The notes beneath the pieces were generated by a model. The model was not told the origin of the DNA. It saw only the letters and a program-made list of their open reading frames with translations, and made no database searches. A stretch of DNA of 41,791 bases from Octopus sinensis (taxonomy: Eukaryota): the NCBI RefSeq assembly GCF_006345805.1, contig NW_021835205.1:1-41791 (forward strand). The letters are read 5' to 3'. Within the stretch, counting starts at the first letter, position 1. Every line of letters starts with the position of its first letter. A program made the position numbers and the translations under genes. Positions 24,513 through 38,085 of this stretch are shown in pieces.

Positions 24513-25770
24513 TATTGGGTCACCTAAAAATAATATGGCTTTTTTCTATACTTCTATTTTTCAAAATTAAGATAAACAAAGTTCATTTTTAATCTAAAAT
24601 ATACTCTCTTTCATCTTCTGCAATGCTCTTCTATCTATATAGAAGAATTATAAGGCTCCTTTTCCAAAATTCACTTGTCTGTGACGGAAAATACTCTTCC
24701 AGTACTGTTCTGACATCGTTTACAGATTCATATTTTTTCCGTTCAAATGATTTTGAAGTCTGCGGAATAAAAAATAATCAGTGGGGCAACGTCCGGTGAA
24801 TATGGTGGGTGGGGCATCGTTTCCCATTCAAACTGCACATCTTCGCTGCATGAGACCGAGCGTGATCCTGATGGAAGAACACCTTTCGTCTTGAAACCAA
24901 AGATGGTCGTTTTTCTTCTAACGCTCACTTGAGCCGCACAAGCTTCTTGCATTAGATCTCCTTTGTTATAGTTTGGTTTGGGCTTAAAAGTTCAAAGTGG
25001 AATAAACCTTTCATATCCCACCAAATAGATAACAACACCTTACGTGGGTGAACACCTTCTTTAGCCTGGAGTGACGGTGTTTCTCCTTTTTCTACCCACT
25101 GTTTTCGGCTCTTGATATTTTTATAGAGGACCCATTTCTCGTCACCAATCACTATTCGGTCAAAAAAAGGTTCATTCGTGAGACGTGACAGCAAAAAAGA
25201 GCACACATTCATTCTCTGTGTGCTTTTAGATTCGGAGAGTTTCTGAAGAACCCATTGACCCAATTTGCTGACTTTTCCGATGGTACGCAGGTGTCGATGA
25301 ATGGTTGAATGATCAAATCCAAGCTCCATAGCTAGTTCTGCAACAGTTACAATGGGATTTTGCTCCACCAGGATTTGCCGGCTCTACAAATCTTCCAGGA
25401 CGAGGCTTGTCTTCTAGGTTCTTCTTTCCGGCTCGGAATTTCTGGAACCACCGTTGACACAGACTTAAGCTTATTGTCCGATCTCCATATACTGAATTAA
25501 TATTCCTCGCGCTTTCCGCTGCGTTGTTGCCTTATTGAACTCATAAAGCAAAATATGTCGAATATGCTCCTTTGTTACTTCTATCATAGCTTTGAATAAA
25601 TAACTGTTACAATCGAACTGCACTCTTCCAAACTTGCACTAAGAATAAGCACAAAGTAAAATTACTACCTGCTTTTATAGCAAGTTGATGCAGGTAGTTT
25701 ATCCCATCTGCCTCCGACTTTTCGTTCATGCAATCGAAAAACCGCATTACTTATGGGATGACCTAACATA
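24513..25770 (-). mobile_element. Near full-length mariner element; transposase pseudogene about 24589-25587 with frameshifts; degenerate TIRs
   Basis: MIEVTKEHIRHILLYEFNK...CQRWFQKFRAG, WVLQKL (WVPHEL), IVIGDEKW, HPPYSPDVAP, ...EREYILD*. Left TIR ttgggtcacctaaaaataatatggcttttt versus reverse complement of right TIR ttaggtcatcccataagtaatgcggttttt. Confidence 0.93.
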
Positions 25771-26461
25771 AATGAATATTTATGTTTATATTTATCTATA
25801 TCTGCTGCGCTTTGTGTGTATGTGTGTGTATGTGAGTGTGTGTAAGAATCTATGTGTGTATGTATTAATGTATATATGCATGCGTCTACGTCACCTTCCA
25901 TGCCGAATGACAGTGGAACAGTCAGTGTAACATCTGGGTTGATTTTTGCTGAATAAACTTCAAGTTGGAAAAGTCTTTTTAATAATCTTACTCTTCTCTT
26001 ATAATTACGTTCCACTGAAATTATATTCACATCTTGGGTGCTCTATAGCAATATTAAATCCATCATTAACACATCACTAAAAATTCATTTCATTTTCATT
26101 ATGCGAAAAACATGGCTAAAAAAAAATATACAATTTTTATTAACTTTGATTATGTTTTAATTAGATTGATATAACATGTGAAAAGGGCAGTTTTAAAGTA
26201 AAGCGATACGAATAGTAGTAAAAGCAAACAGACTGAACTCGTACCAAAAGGCTTTCAACACATGCAGAACAGAAGATATGATATACAATATTTTATAAAT
26301 ATAGATAGAAGTTGAATACAGTTAATTCTAAAAAGGGTAAACATCTTAATTCTTTTTAAGCGTGCAAGCTCTTAAATTATCCTCAGTATTTGGCTGGTAT
26401 ATATTTTATAATTCAAACAGATTATATTTGAGAACAGATCGCTGGCATAATTCTACCGAAT

Positions 26462-26665
26462 ATTGGTTTCATATTTTGGTACAGGTCCAACAATATCGGG
26501 GGAGGGTGCATGTTGATTACATAGACCGCAGTGTTTAACTGGTACTTATTTTGTCAATCCCGAAAAGATGAAAGACAAAGTCGACACCGGCAGAACGGTA
26601 AGATGGAGTAAATACTGCTAAGCATTTTGCCCGCGCTGTTAACGATTCGGCCAGATCGCCGCTTT
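26462..26665 (-). mobile_element. SINE family 2, diverged, type III tail
   Basis: Head aaagcggcgatctggccgaatcgtt, core gtcgactttgtctttcatcttttcgggattgac, tail ...accaaaatatgaaacc. Confidence 0.78.
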
Positions 26666-26820
26666 AAACTCTACTGTGTATTAACTTTACAGATCTGTCT
26701 CTGTCCGTTAGACAAGAAAGGCCCTGAATATTTGTGAGATTTTGTTTGAATTTTTAACGTTTTGTTTGGGACATTACTGTAAGATATCTTATTACTGGAA
26801 TATTCTTCAGTTCAGTAATT

Positions 26821-27035
26821 GTTTCAAATTTTGACTCAAGGCCAGCCATTTTAGTGTGAAGGGGGTTCAACCACTTACATGCGTCCTAGTGCATAATTGG
26901 GATCGACATTTTATCGAACCCGAAAAGTGAAAGGGAAGATTGGCCACAGCAGAATTCAGAAAATAAACAACAGAAAGTAATAGAGCTAAGCATTTTGTCC
27001 GGCGCGTTGACCATTCTGTCACCTTGTTCCCCACC
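26821..27035 (-). mobile_element. SINE family 2, highly diverged, type III tail
   Basis: gctaagcattttgtccggcgcg and tttatcgaacccgaaaagtgaaagg on the plus strand; reverse-complement tail ggccttgagtcaaaatttgaaac. Confidence 0.65.
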
Positions 27036-27922
27036 CCTATATCATAAATAATGACAAGCAGAATGGACCTCGATGTGTTTCGAACCGGAAAAAAGAATAG
27101 GATATGAACTTCATACAGAAAATGCGACGGAATTAGACATATATTTAAGATTTCGACACACTGCGAATAATTTTCGCACTGAATACGAATTTTTATTTTC
27201 AAATCAAAATATCTAAAGCCTGTTTAACTAAAATATATCACATTTGAAATGTTGAATTTTTATGACCGAAAAACAGTGATCAACGCTTTATACACTAATT
27301 CAGTGGGCATTTAATTCAGTTGAGCCAATAACTGGACCCTCATCGTCGAAATCGACCTTCAACTACCCTCCTTTATATGTGAGTGGCTGTACTCACACAC
27401 ACACACACACACGTACCTACATAAAAAATGTACGTACGAATAAAGTGGACCTTTGATACTGGTCTGAGGAAGTGCCACTCTAACGTCTAAAACCAGGAAT
27501 ATTACATAAATTTTCGCTTTGAAATTTTGCGTGAACTGGCGTTGAAAGCAACGTTAATACAGAAACAATTGTAACTGATCGTTAAAAGATGTGTTAAAGT
27601 ATTTGCCTTCTTATTCGAGTTATATCATTCTAGTATCTCCTACATACTATAACATTCTAGTATCTCCTACATCCAACCATTTTAACGTCACTCCTTATAA
27701 AGGAAATTTTTTTTAAAGAGACACTCATTATCACTATGGGCTCCGTGTGAGCAGTCATCTAAAAGTTTTTTGTGCATCTTGCTGTTGACATAAGTTCCTT
27801 GCTTTTCCTGATGAGAAAGCGGCATAATATACTACTTATTCCTTCGCAATTAGGAATATGCAGCCTTCGAAACATATGTCGAAAATAAAGGAATTTTGTT
27901 AATTCGTCGTTCAACTCCATTC

Positions 27923-27968
<46 letters not shown>

Positions 27969-29677
27969 TGTGTGTGTGTGTGTGAGTGCGCGTGTGTGTG
28001 TGTGTGTATCTGCGTGTGTGTGTTTGTGTGTACGTGTACGTATGTATGTATGTATGTATGTATGTATGTATGTATGTATGTATGCATGCGTGTGTATGTG
28101 GGGTGGGGCTCATAACTGAAATTAGAGCACTTTGAAGTCACTAGTTTTATTATTCAATTATGTGTAATACATTTAATCATTATTATTATTATTATTGTTG
28201 TTGTTGTTACTATTATTATTATTAACCGTTTAGAGTGGTATAATAATAGGATTTGTTGTTATTTTCTAGTTCAATATGAATTTGAATATGAAACTAAAAT
28301 TTGTGCTACCATCTTAGCTGTAATGGTGTCAGTGCTAAATAGGCAGTGTGTGCTTTTAACACGAAGTATGACATTGATAGCAATCCTTTTAATTGAAATA
28401 TAGTAATCCTTTTAATTGAAATGTAATTAACGTGTTTGACTTAACAAATATTCTTCATAAAAGCCACTCACACGGATAGTTTTCCTTTTAATTTGATTAA
28501 ATTCGTGTTATAAAAGATGTAGTAGAAATGATTCTATGCTTTTTGTATAAGAGGCAATTTTGGATAAAATTCCTAACACTGTAGTCAACAGCCTGAACTG
28601 AACGAGTACTTTAACATGATAATCAACTACAATTTTATAATTTTCTTATGTTACAATTTTTTTTTAGGAAATCAAGTAAAAATTGTAATCACATTCACTA
28701 CACTTCTCTTTATGTATATTTCCTAGAATATAAAACATACAAAAGACACATGTGTACGATTAAAATACTTATGTTCTCTTTGGTGGTCATAACTTCCAAA
28801 TTATTTCTCACACAATATTAAATTTCTCATTTAAATCTCCTATGAAGAGATACGATTTCTTCGTTTTTCTATAATTTTTCTCTATCTTTTTCTTTTCAGT
28901 TGAGAGACAGCGAACTCTTGCTACTTAAAGAAAGACATACTAAAATAGAATCTTAAAAATTTTGGAATTTTAAGCTAAGTGGTGGACTTCGTGAGAATCT
29001 ATCATGAGCTCTGTTACGCTATTCACCGAACATATTGATATCTGCGTAAAATACAAACATATTGTAAAGTACTTGATGAACCATATGCATGCGATATTTT
29101 AAACTTCCTTGCAAAGTTGACAACCGCATAGTTACTCCACATGTGTCAATATAGTCGGAAATGAGAGTAAATCCACAAAGCCACGTGTTTATTCTATTAA
29201 AGAAAAAAAAGCTAATTGGTGGTGTGATCTGGAATCTTTGTAGAAAACAGACGTATGTAGAGCAGTATTTGGATAAAATATCTTTAATCAGACGGTTTAA
29301 AAATTTACTGATATTTATGCTTTCGATAAAGGAAAAATCTTGTTGAGTATACACGACAGCCAGTTATGTTATCAAAAGGTTTCATGGGAAAATTATTGTT
29401 AAAAGAGTACAGTCATCGGAAAAGGTTGAATGGAAAACTCTAAATAATAATATTATTCACACCCTATTACCTTATATATGAGTACCTGTTCTTTTCGGTT
29501 TCTTAAAAATTTATTGGAAAAACTATACGCTCAAACATACATACTAACACACACATAAACACATACGTGAATGAATGTGTGCACTATTCGAAAATGAGTT
29601 TTTCTCCCTCCACGATGATACCCAGAGTTTCGCATTTTACCTATCTATATTATGAAAACACCAAACACGAACTTACG

Positions 29678-29727
<50 letters not shown>

Positions 29728-29734
29728 TATATAC

Positions 29735-30015
29735 ACAGGTGGGGAAGTAAAATTTACAAGAAATGTTAAGTTGTTTTTTTCTCAGCAGGCACTAAGTCGA
29801 TTGTTTTGAAACCTAACATATATTGATGTCATAATCATACCTAACACTATTATACTCACCTTTTCAAAAAGTTTTCCCCATATGAGTAATCAGGAACGCA
29901 AAAGTCAAAGAGTGTGTGATTTGCTGAATGCACTCGTCACACCAAGGAAGATTTCAAGAATAGCTGGAGTGTCCATAAAGACTGATTATAATGTAAAGAA
30001 TAGAGTGACTATCCG
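29735..30015 (+). mobile_element. Probable 5' end of a Tc1/mariner-superfamily transposon (TIR, leader and N-terminal HTH)
   Basis: Begins caggtggggaagtaaaattt next to (TA)n. ATG at 29882 gives MSNQERKSQRVCDLLNALVTPRKISRIAGVSIKTDYNVKNR, an HTH-like transposase N-terminus. Confidence 0.55.
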
Positions 30016-30495
30016 GATTCAATTGTCTATATAGGTTTAGCCTATGCTCGCTTTCTTCCACTATTTTGATGTCGCCTGCTCAGAGGTGGAGGTATGTGGC
30101 ATTTGATAAATCTATGGAAGGTTGCGCCGATGAAAGACATGAAATATATATTCATATTTCTAATCTAGAAACATGTTCGCAAATAACGGTTAGGCTTTGT
30201 TTTCGTTATTTATTCCTTCTGTTTTGCATATGGGAATTACAAGGATATGTCGTATGTGGAGTCCCACTTGTAGAAAATAGAAATAAACAATCTCCGACTG
30301 GTATTTCTAACTTTTTCGGTATGCAGCTAAGCAACCTGTTGCCTGCCCCGTCTATTTATATACAATATATATATATATACTGAACTTTACAGAAGTTCCT
30401 ACCGTTAATGGTTATATTTACATGCCGAAATCTACCAGTAAATAATTGTTGGTTTTTTGAAAAAACATCGAAGAAATTATTTAATCTTATCATAT

Positions 30496-30577
<82 letters not shown>

Positions 30578-30613
30578 ATATTATATAATTATATAACATA
30601 TACATATATATAC

Positions 30614-30675
<62 letters not shown>

Positions 30676-30857
30676 GTGAGTGTGTGCGTGTGTGGGTTAC
30701 TGTGTGTGCTCGTGTGCATTGTGTTTGTGTGTGTATGTGTGTGTCAGTGGAATATATTAAAAAAATGTCGCTCGCTGAACACTCAATGTGAATAGAAAAA
30801 TTATAAAAGAAAATACCGAGATGACGGTATGGGAAACTTAAGTGATTACATTGCCTT

Positions 30858-30858
30858 C

Positions 30859-30903
<45 letters not shown>

Positions 30904-30947
30904 GTAATAGTAATAGTAATAATATAATAATAATAATAATAATAGTA

Positions 30948-30999
<52 letters not shown>

Positions 31000-31000
31000 C

Positions 31001-31083
<83 letters not shown>

Positions 31084-31105
31084 TAATAATAATAATAACA
31101 ATAAT
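30858..31105. repeat. (TAA)n/(TAG) array
   Basis: Directly visible. Confidence 0.97.
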
Positions 31106-31639
31106 AGCAAGAATAATACTTAATGCACGTAGAAAAGTGTTCACTTGTATGGTGAAAGTTCTTGTGGGCCATAAAAACCTGTTGAATGAAATATGCATGC
31201 GTTTAAATATCTAAACGGAGCCTGGTAAAAAAAGTTATTGAAATTGTGTTTTGTGCAATGGAGTCAGCTTTAAAATATACTGTGTTCTGAAGAGTGAAAT
31301 AAGATGTAAATTCGTGTAGAAAATTTTGTATGTAAAAGGCGTAAAAGTGATTGACTAATAATGTACGATTATGTTGTCAAAACAAAACATACTAAATGAT
31401 AATTTAATATGCAAATCACGCCAAGTCGTTAGCTATAAAAGATAGAAAGGTCTTAAGAGGAATTTTAAGCAATGAAATATCAGGTGTAGTGTAATTTGTC
31501 TTGCGTGGGTGCCAAAAAAAGAAAACATTTTAGAAATAAATAAAGTGAAGCGGATTAAAATTGCTTCTGATTACATTGTAAACGAAATGTAAAATTCAAT
31601 ACAAAATAGTGTTACGAAGCTAAGGATATAGGTATATAT

Positions 31640-31681
<42 letters not shown>

Positions 31682-31812
31682 AAATATAATATAATATAAT
31701 ATAATATAGATAAAATATATATAGGCATATATACATACATATATATACATAGTGACATAAATATATACATATATACATATATATATGTATGTAAATATAT
31801 ATACATATTATA

Positions 31813-31861
<49 letters not shown>

Positions 31862-31930
31862 ACATATATATATATAATATATATATATATATACATACAT
31901 ACATATCTATGCATGTATATATATTTATTT

Positions 31931-32007
31931 TAACTTATAAAATAAGGAAATTCTAATGCCAAATATTTGGCATTAGAATTTTTCTTTTGCCCTTATTTTA
32001 TAAGTTA
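31931..32007. repeat. Quasi-palindrome with a perfect 32-bp core
   Basis: aattctaatgccaaat|atttggcattagaatt (31949-31980), plus outer arms taacttataaaataagg (31931-31947) and ccttattttataagtta (31991-32007). Confidence 0.9.
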
Positions 32008-32102
32008 TTTATAATTTAACCTTTAAAAGTATTTTTTAATATGCTGACCATTGATACAATTTTTTTCGAAAAAGTTTTATCCTACATTAGATATATATAT
32101 AT

Positions 32103-32160
<58 letters not shown>

Positions 32161-32882
32161 TATATGAGTACAGGACGTCACAAAACGTAAACAACGTGAA
32201 ATACGAAAACAAACTATTTTTGTCGAACAACGAGAGAAATAAATGGAAAATAAAACATGTTACATAAAAACTACCCTTTATCAGTTGTTGGCTGTTTATT
32301 AACTCCACATTATTTCGAGCAATGCACGGCAATATGTGCCTTCGAGAAAACATTTCCTCCCGCAAACAAAATGAAATTTGGGATTTTATATAGGGTCAAA
32401 GTTGGTTACAAAAACAGGACAGTGAAACAAACAGTGAGGGCTGCTAAGCCAAACGGAGTAAGGTGGCGAACGCTGGGGAAATTCTTTGACAAGAGAAAAG
32501 ATAGGATAAGAGACAGACAAGTATAGTCTGGTCTGTGCAACAGACCAGAAGAAAAGATGAACACGTGTGGGGAAAAAAAGATGGACGATGATCACGTGCC
32601 AGCAACGAGAGAGTAAAGAAGGAAGAGTGAGAGAGACTGAGAGAGGGACAGATAGAAAACGGCGAAGGGGAGAAAAAAGAATTAGAGAAAGGATGAGAGG
32701 GAAAATATAGGTTCATTGACACCAAACTCGGTGCCAACAGCAGTTATGCTTCCACTGTCCCGTATTTCCATTCCTCTATACGGTTTTCTATAGAGAATAC
32801 CCTCGTTTGCGTCCTTTGTTAGGATCAGGTGCCTTATATTTTTCTGTTTCCTAGTTGAATATAAATTATATATTTACATACA

Positions 32883-33085
32883 TAGGGAGAGTTTACGAAA
32901 AAAACAAAAGACAAAGACAGGTGATGTACAAAACAAACAGATGTATTAGTGTAACGCTCAGGAATAGAAAAAAGTCTTTTACATTTCGAGCCTACGCTCT
33001 TCTACAGAAAGGGACACAGAAAAAAACAAGGAGAGAAACAAGGACAGAAAAAAATGTGTGTAGTGGCTAACGACCTATCATGGCG
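32883..33085 (-). mobile_element. Hammerhead-bearing element, subfamily A (motif 32976-33011, minus)
   Basis: Reverse complement: cgccatgatag...tagccactaca...cttt-CTGTAGA-a-GAGC-gtag-GCTC-GAAAT-GTA-aaag...cgtaaactctcccta. Confidence 0.75.
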
Positions 33086-33162
33086 ACTGACTTAGGACAG
33101 AAGGTCATACATACATACATATACATATATATATATATACATATATATATATACATACATAC

Positions 33163-33287
<125 letters not shown>

Positions 33288-33289
33288 GC

Positions 33290-34010
33290 TCTCCCCCGAA
33301 CCTGCCCTGCAGTCTCCCGCCTCCCTTTTCCCCTCAACTACCATCCCACCACCCTACATCTCCAACGCACCATTCTCCGAGCTTTCCGGCATCTCCAGTC
33401 CGACCTGTCCACTTCACACATCTTCCCTAACCGACCCCTCCCCTCCTTCAAACGAGCCCACAACCTACGAGACCTCTTGGTCCACAGCTTCTTCCCCAAC
33501 CCTACCTTCCAACCTGGCTCGTTCCCCTGCTCTCGCCCACGCTGCTGCACTTGCCCATACCTCTTCAACACCAGCCTCCTCACCGGCACCCATCATCGCC
33601 TCAAACATCACTGACTCCTTCACCTGCACCTCCAGCAATATCATCTACTGCATCTCCTGCTCTCTCTGCCATTCTCTGTACATCGGACAAACAGGACGGC
33701 ACTTGGCTGACCGGTTCGCAGAACACCTCCGAGATATCCGCCTCGGGAATGACACCCCTGTCTCACGCCATTTCCGCTCTACCGGTCACTCTTTGCAACA
33801 CCTGTCTGTGTTCGGGTTGTCCTTGCACAGAGGCCATCCTAACTCACGTTTGCGCCGTGAACAGGAATTAATCTTCTCTCTTCGCTCCTTTACGCCATTT
33901 GGGCTCAACTCTCCTCCCTTCTTCATCTAACCTCCTTAATTGACTTAATCCGTTTGTCTGTCCTTGTTTGTCCCCTCTATGTTTAGCCCCTTGTGGGTAA
34001 TAAGAAACAT
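33290..34010 (+). mobile_element. 5'-truncated Penelope-like retroelement (Neptune-like): linker plus GIY-YIG endonuclease, one frameshift, short 3' tail
   Basis: Frame 3: NYHPTT...FRHLQSD...IFP...[15 protein letters not shown]...[17 protein letters not shown] +1 slip at about 33603-33605 leads to frame 1: [40 protein letters not shown]...PVSRHF...[18 protein letters not shown]. Flanked by (TA)n. Confidence 0.92.
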
Positions 34011-34046
34011 TATATATATATATAATATATATATATATATATAATA

Positions 34047-34112
<66 letters not shown>

Positions 34113-34990
34113 TCATGGATTTTGGATGCATTTTTTATATTTGAGGGCTGGATGATGAAATTATACTTCGAAATATCTACATCACTAATTGACAAAGCAA
34201 GCCCCACTTTTCTTTTTCACAATTGCTAACGAAGTAATTAAGTCCTATCGGAACAAACACACATCATTACTGCCAAACTGTTACGTTATTTCTCTTCTGG
34301 TTAAAAGCTTTCCACTTGTGATTATGACAGGTGAGAAAAATCACATGCGGTGAACACACTATTGCAGAGTATGTAATCGGTGAAGGACAGACATACAAGG
34401 TTACGTTGATTTACAGGTGTTTTACTTTTGTTTTGCTCTTTGATTCATAATTTTGTTGTTGGTGTTGGTTTCGTTATTATTTTTGTTCTGTTTTTACATA
34501 TATTTTATTTACTTAATTTATTTAAATAACACAATAGCTTTCACTCGTGTGCTTTATCAACGCTAAGTTTTATCAGTAGAAAAACAACGCATGCGTAGAA
34601 AGTATTTCTAATTATTTATTTATATGATTTTGAGGGGAATTTTAGTTTCTTTAAGTCTCTATTTGATATAGTTCAATATTATTTTCCTTGCTGTTGTGGA
34701 GTGGGTAAATATAACATAAAAAACCCCCCCAAATACTTCGTTAATATACAACAGTTTTTGTAATTATTAAATGGAATTAATACAGAATATTCACAGTTTA
34801 TAAATCTAAATGACTACGATCAGTATGGCGCCTGAAGTATTGGCTTTGACGGTACCTTAACAGTAGAGGTATTAACCTTCAGCAACTGAATAACCACTTT
34901 CTGTCATCGAAAGGTAACACATACATAGACATTAATACATTCATACATATAGATATATATAAATACATCATACATATACATATACATACA

Positions 34991-35105
<115 letters not shown>

Positions 35106-35689
35106 GGTATATATATATAAATGTTTTGGATTAATGAAAAACTTTGCCGTATTTATTGCACTTAGACATTAAAAAAAGGATATTCTTTCCTCAACTGAAG
35201 CTTTACTTGTCTAGTTTACTAGACAATTACTTGTCATATAATATATTATATTATATTATATTATATTATATTATATTATACTATATTCTTTCAACTGCAT
35301 TTTAATGTTTTAAGAAGTTGCACTCCACGGACTTTGTGTAGACTAAGACATATCTTTGAAGCAATGCAAATATGATGCATATTTTTAGAAATACCATTGA
35401 GAAAAAACTGAAAGGAATATATTTTTCAAAAGGTGAGTGTTTTCTTTTTATTATTTCAAATGATAATTACTGTTTTACAAGTCATATTTCAACACATATC
35501 TCTGTTTTTATTTACAACAAACCTTCTTTGCATGTACACACTGTTACTGTATGTCTACACACAGACATTATTTTACTTTGGCAAAATACATGGTATCACT
35601 GCTTTACATATTTCAAACATTTCCCGGACTTCATGCTTAAATAAAATATTTTTGTTTCTCTTATATGAACAATAAAATGAAATGTATGC

Positions 35690-35805
35690 TAGAGGGGTGC
35701 AGTCGCTTATATCAACAACAATATTTGAGTGGTACTTTAATTGTCGATTCCGGAAGGTTGAAAGGCAAGACATTGACCTCGGCGAGATTTTAACTCAGAA
35801 CATAA
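35690..35805 (-). mobile_element. SINE family 2, internal fragment
   Basis: ggtactttaattgtcgattccggaaggttgaaaggcaag...gacctcggcgagattttaactcagaac. Confidence 0.7.
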
Positions 35806-36344
35806 CCACGGTATTGGTTGTTTGGTTGGGGTGTTTCTTTCGCGGAGTTGGAGTTGTGGGTTTGGTCTCACGGCATAACAAATTGGGCAAATGCGTTCTA
35901 CCAATGTACTGAGTTGATTAACGTATTATGAGGGATGAATATCGTTTGATGGACGACGTGCAGGACTCCATAGAATATGCGCACACACACATGTATGTAT
36001 GCATATACCAATGCATGTATGTGTGTCTATGCACGTGTGTGTGCGTGTGTAAACTGGTAAACCGAAGTAGTAGAAATACAAGAATAGTAAATTTAATTAT
36101 CTCTAATCTCATTAGATCATCTACATAAACGTGCACACACACACACAGACACACACAGACACACACACACGCACACACACACAGACACACACACACAAAT
36201 ACACACACACACGTATATATATATTAACTTTTTTTATCACTACTGTATATTCAATAGATGCTTAGTCCTGAAGCATGTGTATATTGAGTTCTAACACCAG
36301 ACAATTGTGCTCTTATATATTTATATGTATGTATGTATGTATGT

Positions 36345-36556
36345 ATTTGTGCGTCTGTGCTTGTCCCCCCACCATCTCTTGACAACCGATATTGGTGTAT
36401 TTACGTCCCCGTAACTTAGCAGTTCAGGAAAATAGACCGATAGAATAAGTACCAGGCTTACAAAGAATAAGTCCTGAAGTTGATTTGTTCGACAAAAGGC
36501 GGTGCTCCATTATGACCGGAGTCAAATAACTGAAACAAGTAAAATAATAAAAGAAT
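36345..36556 (+). mobile_element. SINE family 1, 3' half
   Basis: gtccccccacc...ttacgtccccgtaacttagc...gatagaataagtaccaggcttacaaag...aactgaaacaagtaaaa. Confidence 0.87.
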
Positions 36557-36559
36557 ATA

Positions 36560-36628
<69 letters not shown>

Positions 36629-36886
36629 TGTGTGTGTGAGTGTGTGTGTATGTATATATGTATATATGTAGTACGTATAGGATTCGAACCCACGCATCTT
36701 ATTTTTGCGTACTAATTCCATTTCGTTTTGCGTCAAGGGCTTATGTGTCCCAATATTAGACTATTTCTATAGCCAATACACAGTGAACGCTTATAAGCTT
36801 AGAATTTTCACTCGTTACCGTTTCGTAGTATAACGCAGAATACATAATTATGTACATAAATATACATATATACACATACCGATATA

Positions 36887-36978
<92 letters not shown>

Positions 36979-37131
36979 GATATGTAGAAAAATACAAACT
37001 GGGACAAGAACGCATAACACTTAGAAGACGATACAATAAACACAGACAGGACATTCGAAGCCCTCAGTCTTCAGTCAAGAACCGGATCATCGTAGTAATT
37101 TCGGCTGATTAATATATGTATATATATATAT

Positions 37132-37220
<89 letters not shown>

Positions 37221-37775
37221 AGTATATATATATATATATATATATGTTATATATATATATATATATATGTATATATAATAGCAAGCATAATCGTATTTCT
37301 CTTTATTACTGTCTCCATATTAGTTCACCCGGATTTCTCTTATAGTGACTCCTTATCCCTCGGACTTAATCCTTGATAAAGACTTGAGAATTTAAGTTCA
37401 ACTGTTTCATATGTTTTTTTTTATATTGAGTATATCTGGCTCTCACCTTTTGACTGTATATGTATATATGTGTATGTGTATGTGTGTGCGTGTGTGAGTG
37501 TATGCGTGCACGTGTGTGTTTGTATGTATACAGGTATATACGCAGTTGTATTTTTAGTTATATGTTTCCTCCATTAATTTAAGTAACCGTATCTTAAATA
37601 TCAGTTTTAAATATATAAACCCCTATCTAGAAGTACATATAATTTCTCCAGTGACCAGATTTCATGCAGAAGGATCTTTTGCAGCATTAACTCATCGATG
37701 GCTGTTTAAAAGTAATTAGAGAATTGAGAAAATGTCATTTGCTTTACGAATAATTGCGATGCGAATTTTTTCCAG

Positions 37776-38085
37776 GTAAACACATGACACATTTTACCAA
37801 GTTTTGCATTTATTACGACTGTGTCATCATTTCCTTGCTTATTGTCTATCATATAGAACCCCATTGTATACAGGACATCAGTTGGATATCATTTATATCT
37901 GCGCCAAATATGATGGAAAAAATACGTTGGAAAAAATTGAATGACAACATCGCCTCGTCAAGTATCGTGTACTCTGAGTTTAGTGACGATCTATTCAAAC
38001 TTGGGAAACAATTATTCTTTAGTAAATTAGTTCTCATTAAGCGTCCTCCAGAACAAGCAATGTTTTTCAATTTAGGCGCAAGGAC
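37776..38085 (+). CDS. Weak candidate first coding exon with signal-peptide-like N-terminus (MTHFTKFCIYYDCVIISLLIVYHIEPHC...)
   Basis: Acceptor tttttccAG at 37774-75, ATG at 37784, open frame to 38137 in AT-rich DNA, several possible donors (e.g. acaGTAATT). The 3' boundary is uncertain. Confidence 0.3.

Noticed and set aside
25895-26042. Possible minus-strand exon (STQDVNIISVERNYKRRVRLLKRLFQLEVYSAKINPDVTLTVPLSFGME)
   Set aside because: Splice sites are plausible, but there is no recognisable homology and no partner exon.
27459-27497. CTGAGGAAGTG...TAACGTC hammerhead-like motif
   Set aside because: No GAAA, the stem II loop is too short, and stem I pairs only with a 4-nt offset; at best a decayed copy.
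28900-28956. Strong acceptor followed by LRDSELLLLKERHTKIES*
   Set aside because: Too short, with no linked upstream exon; polypyrimidine-AG occurs by chance in this DNA.
32270-32320. Minus-strand GCTCGAAA and CTGATAA half-motifs in a TA-flanked repeat-like segment
   Set aside because: The halves are in the wrong order for type I, the core is mutated, and no consistent stems could be drawn.
35389-35432. 44-nt micro-exon candidate ending aagGTGAGT
   Set aside because: Good donor but weak acceptor and an uninformative peptide; cannot be supported alone.
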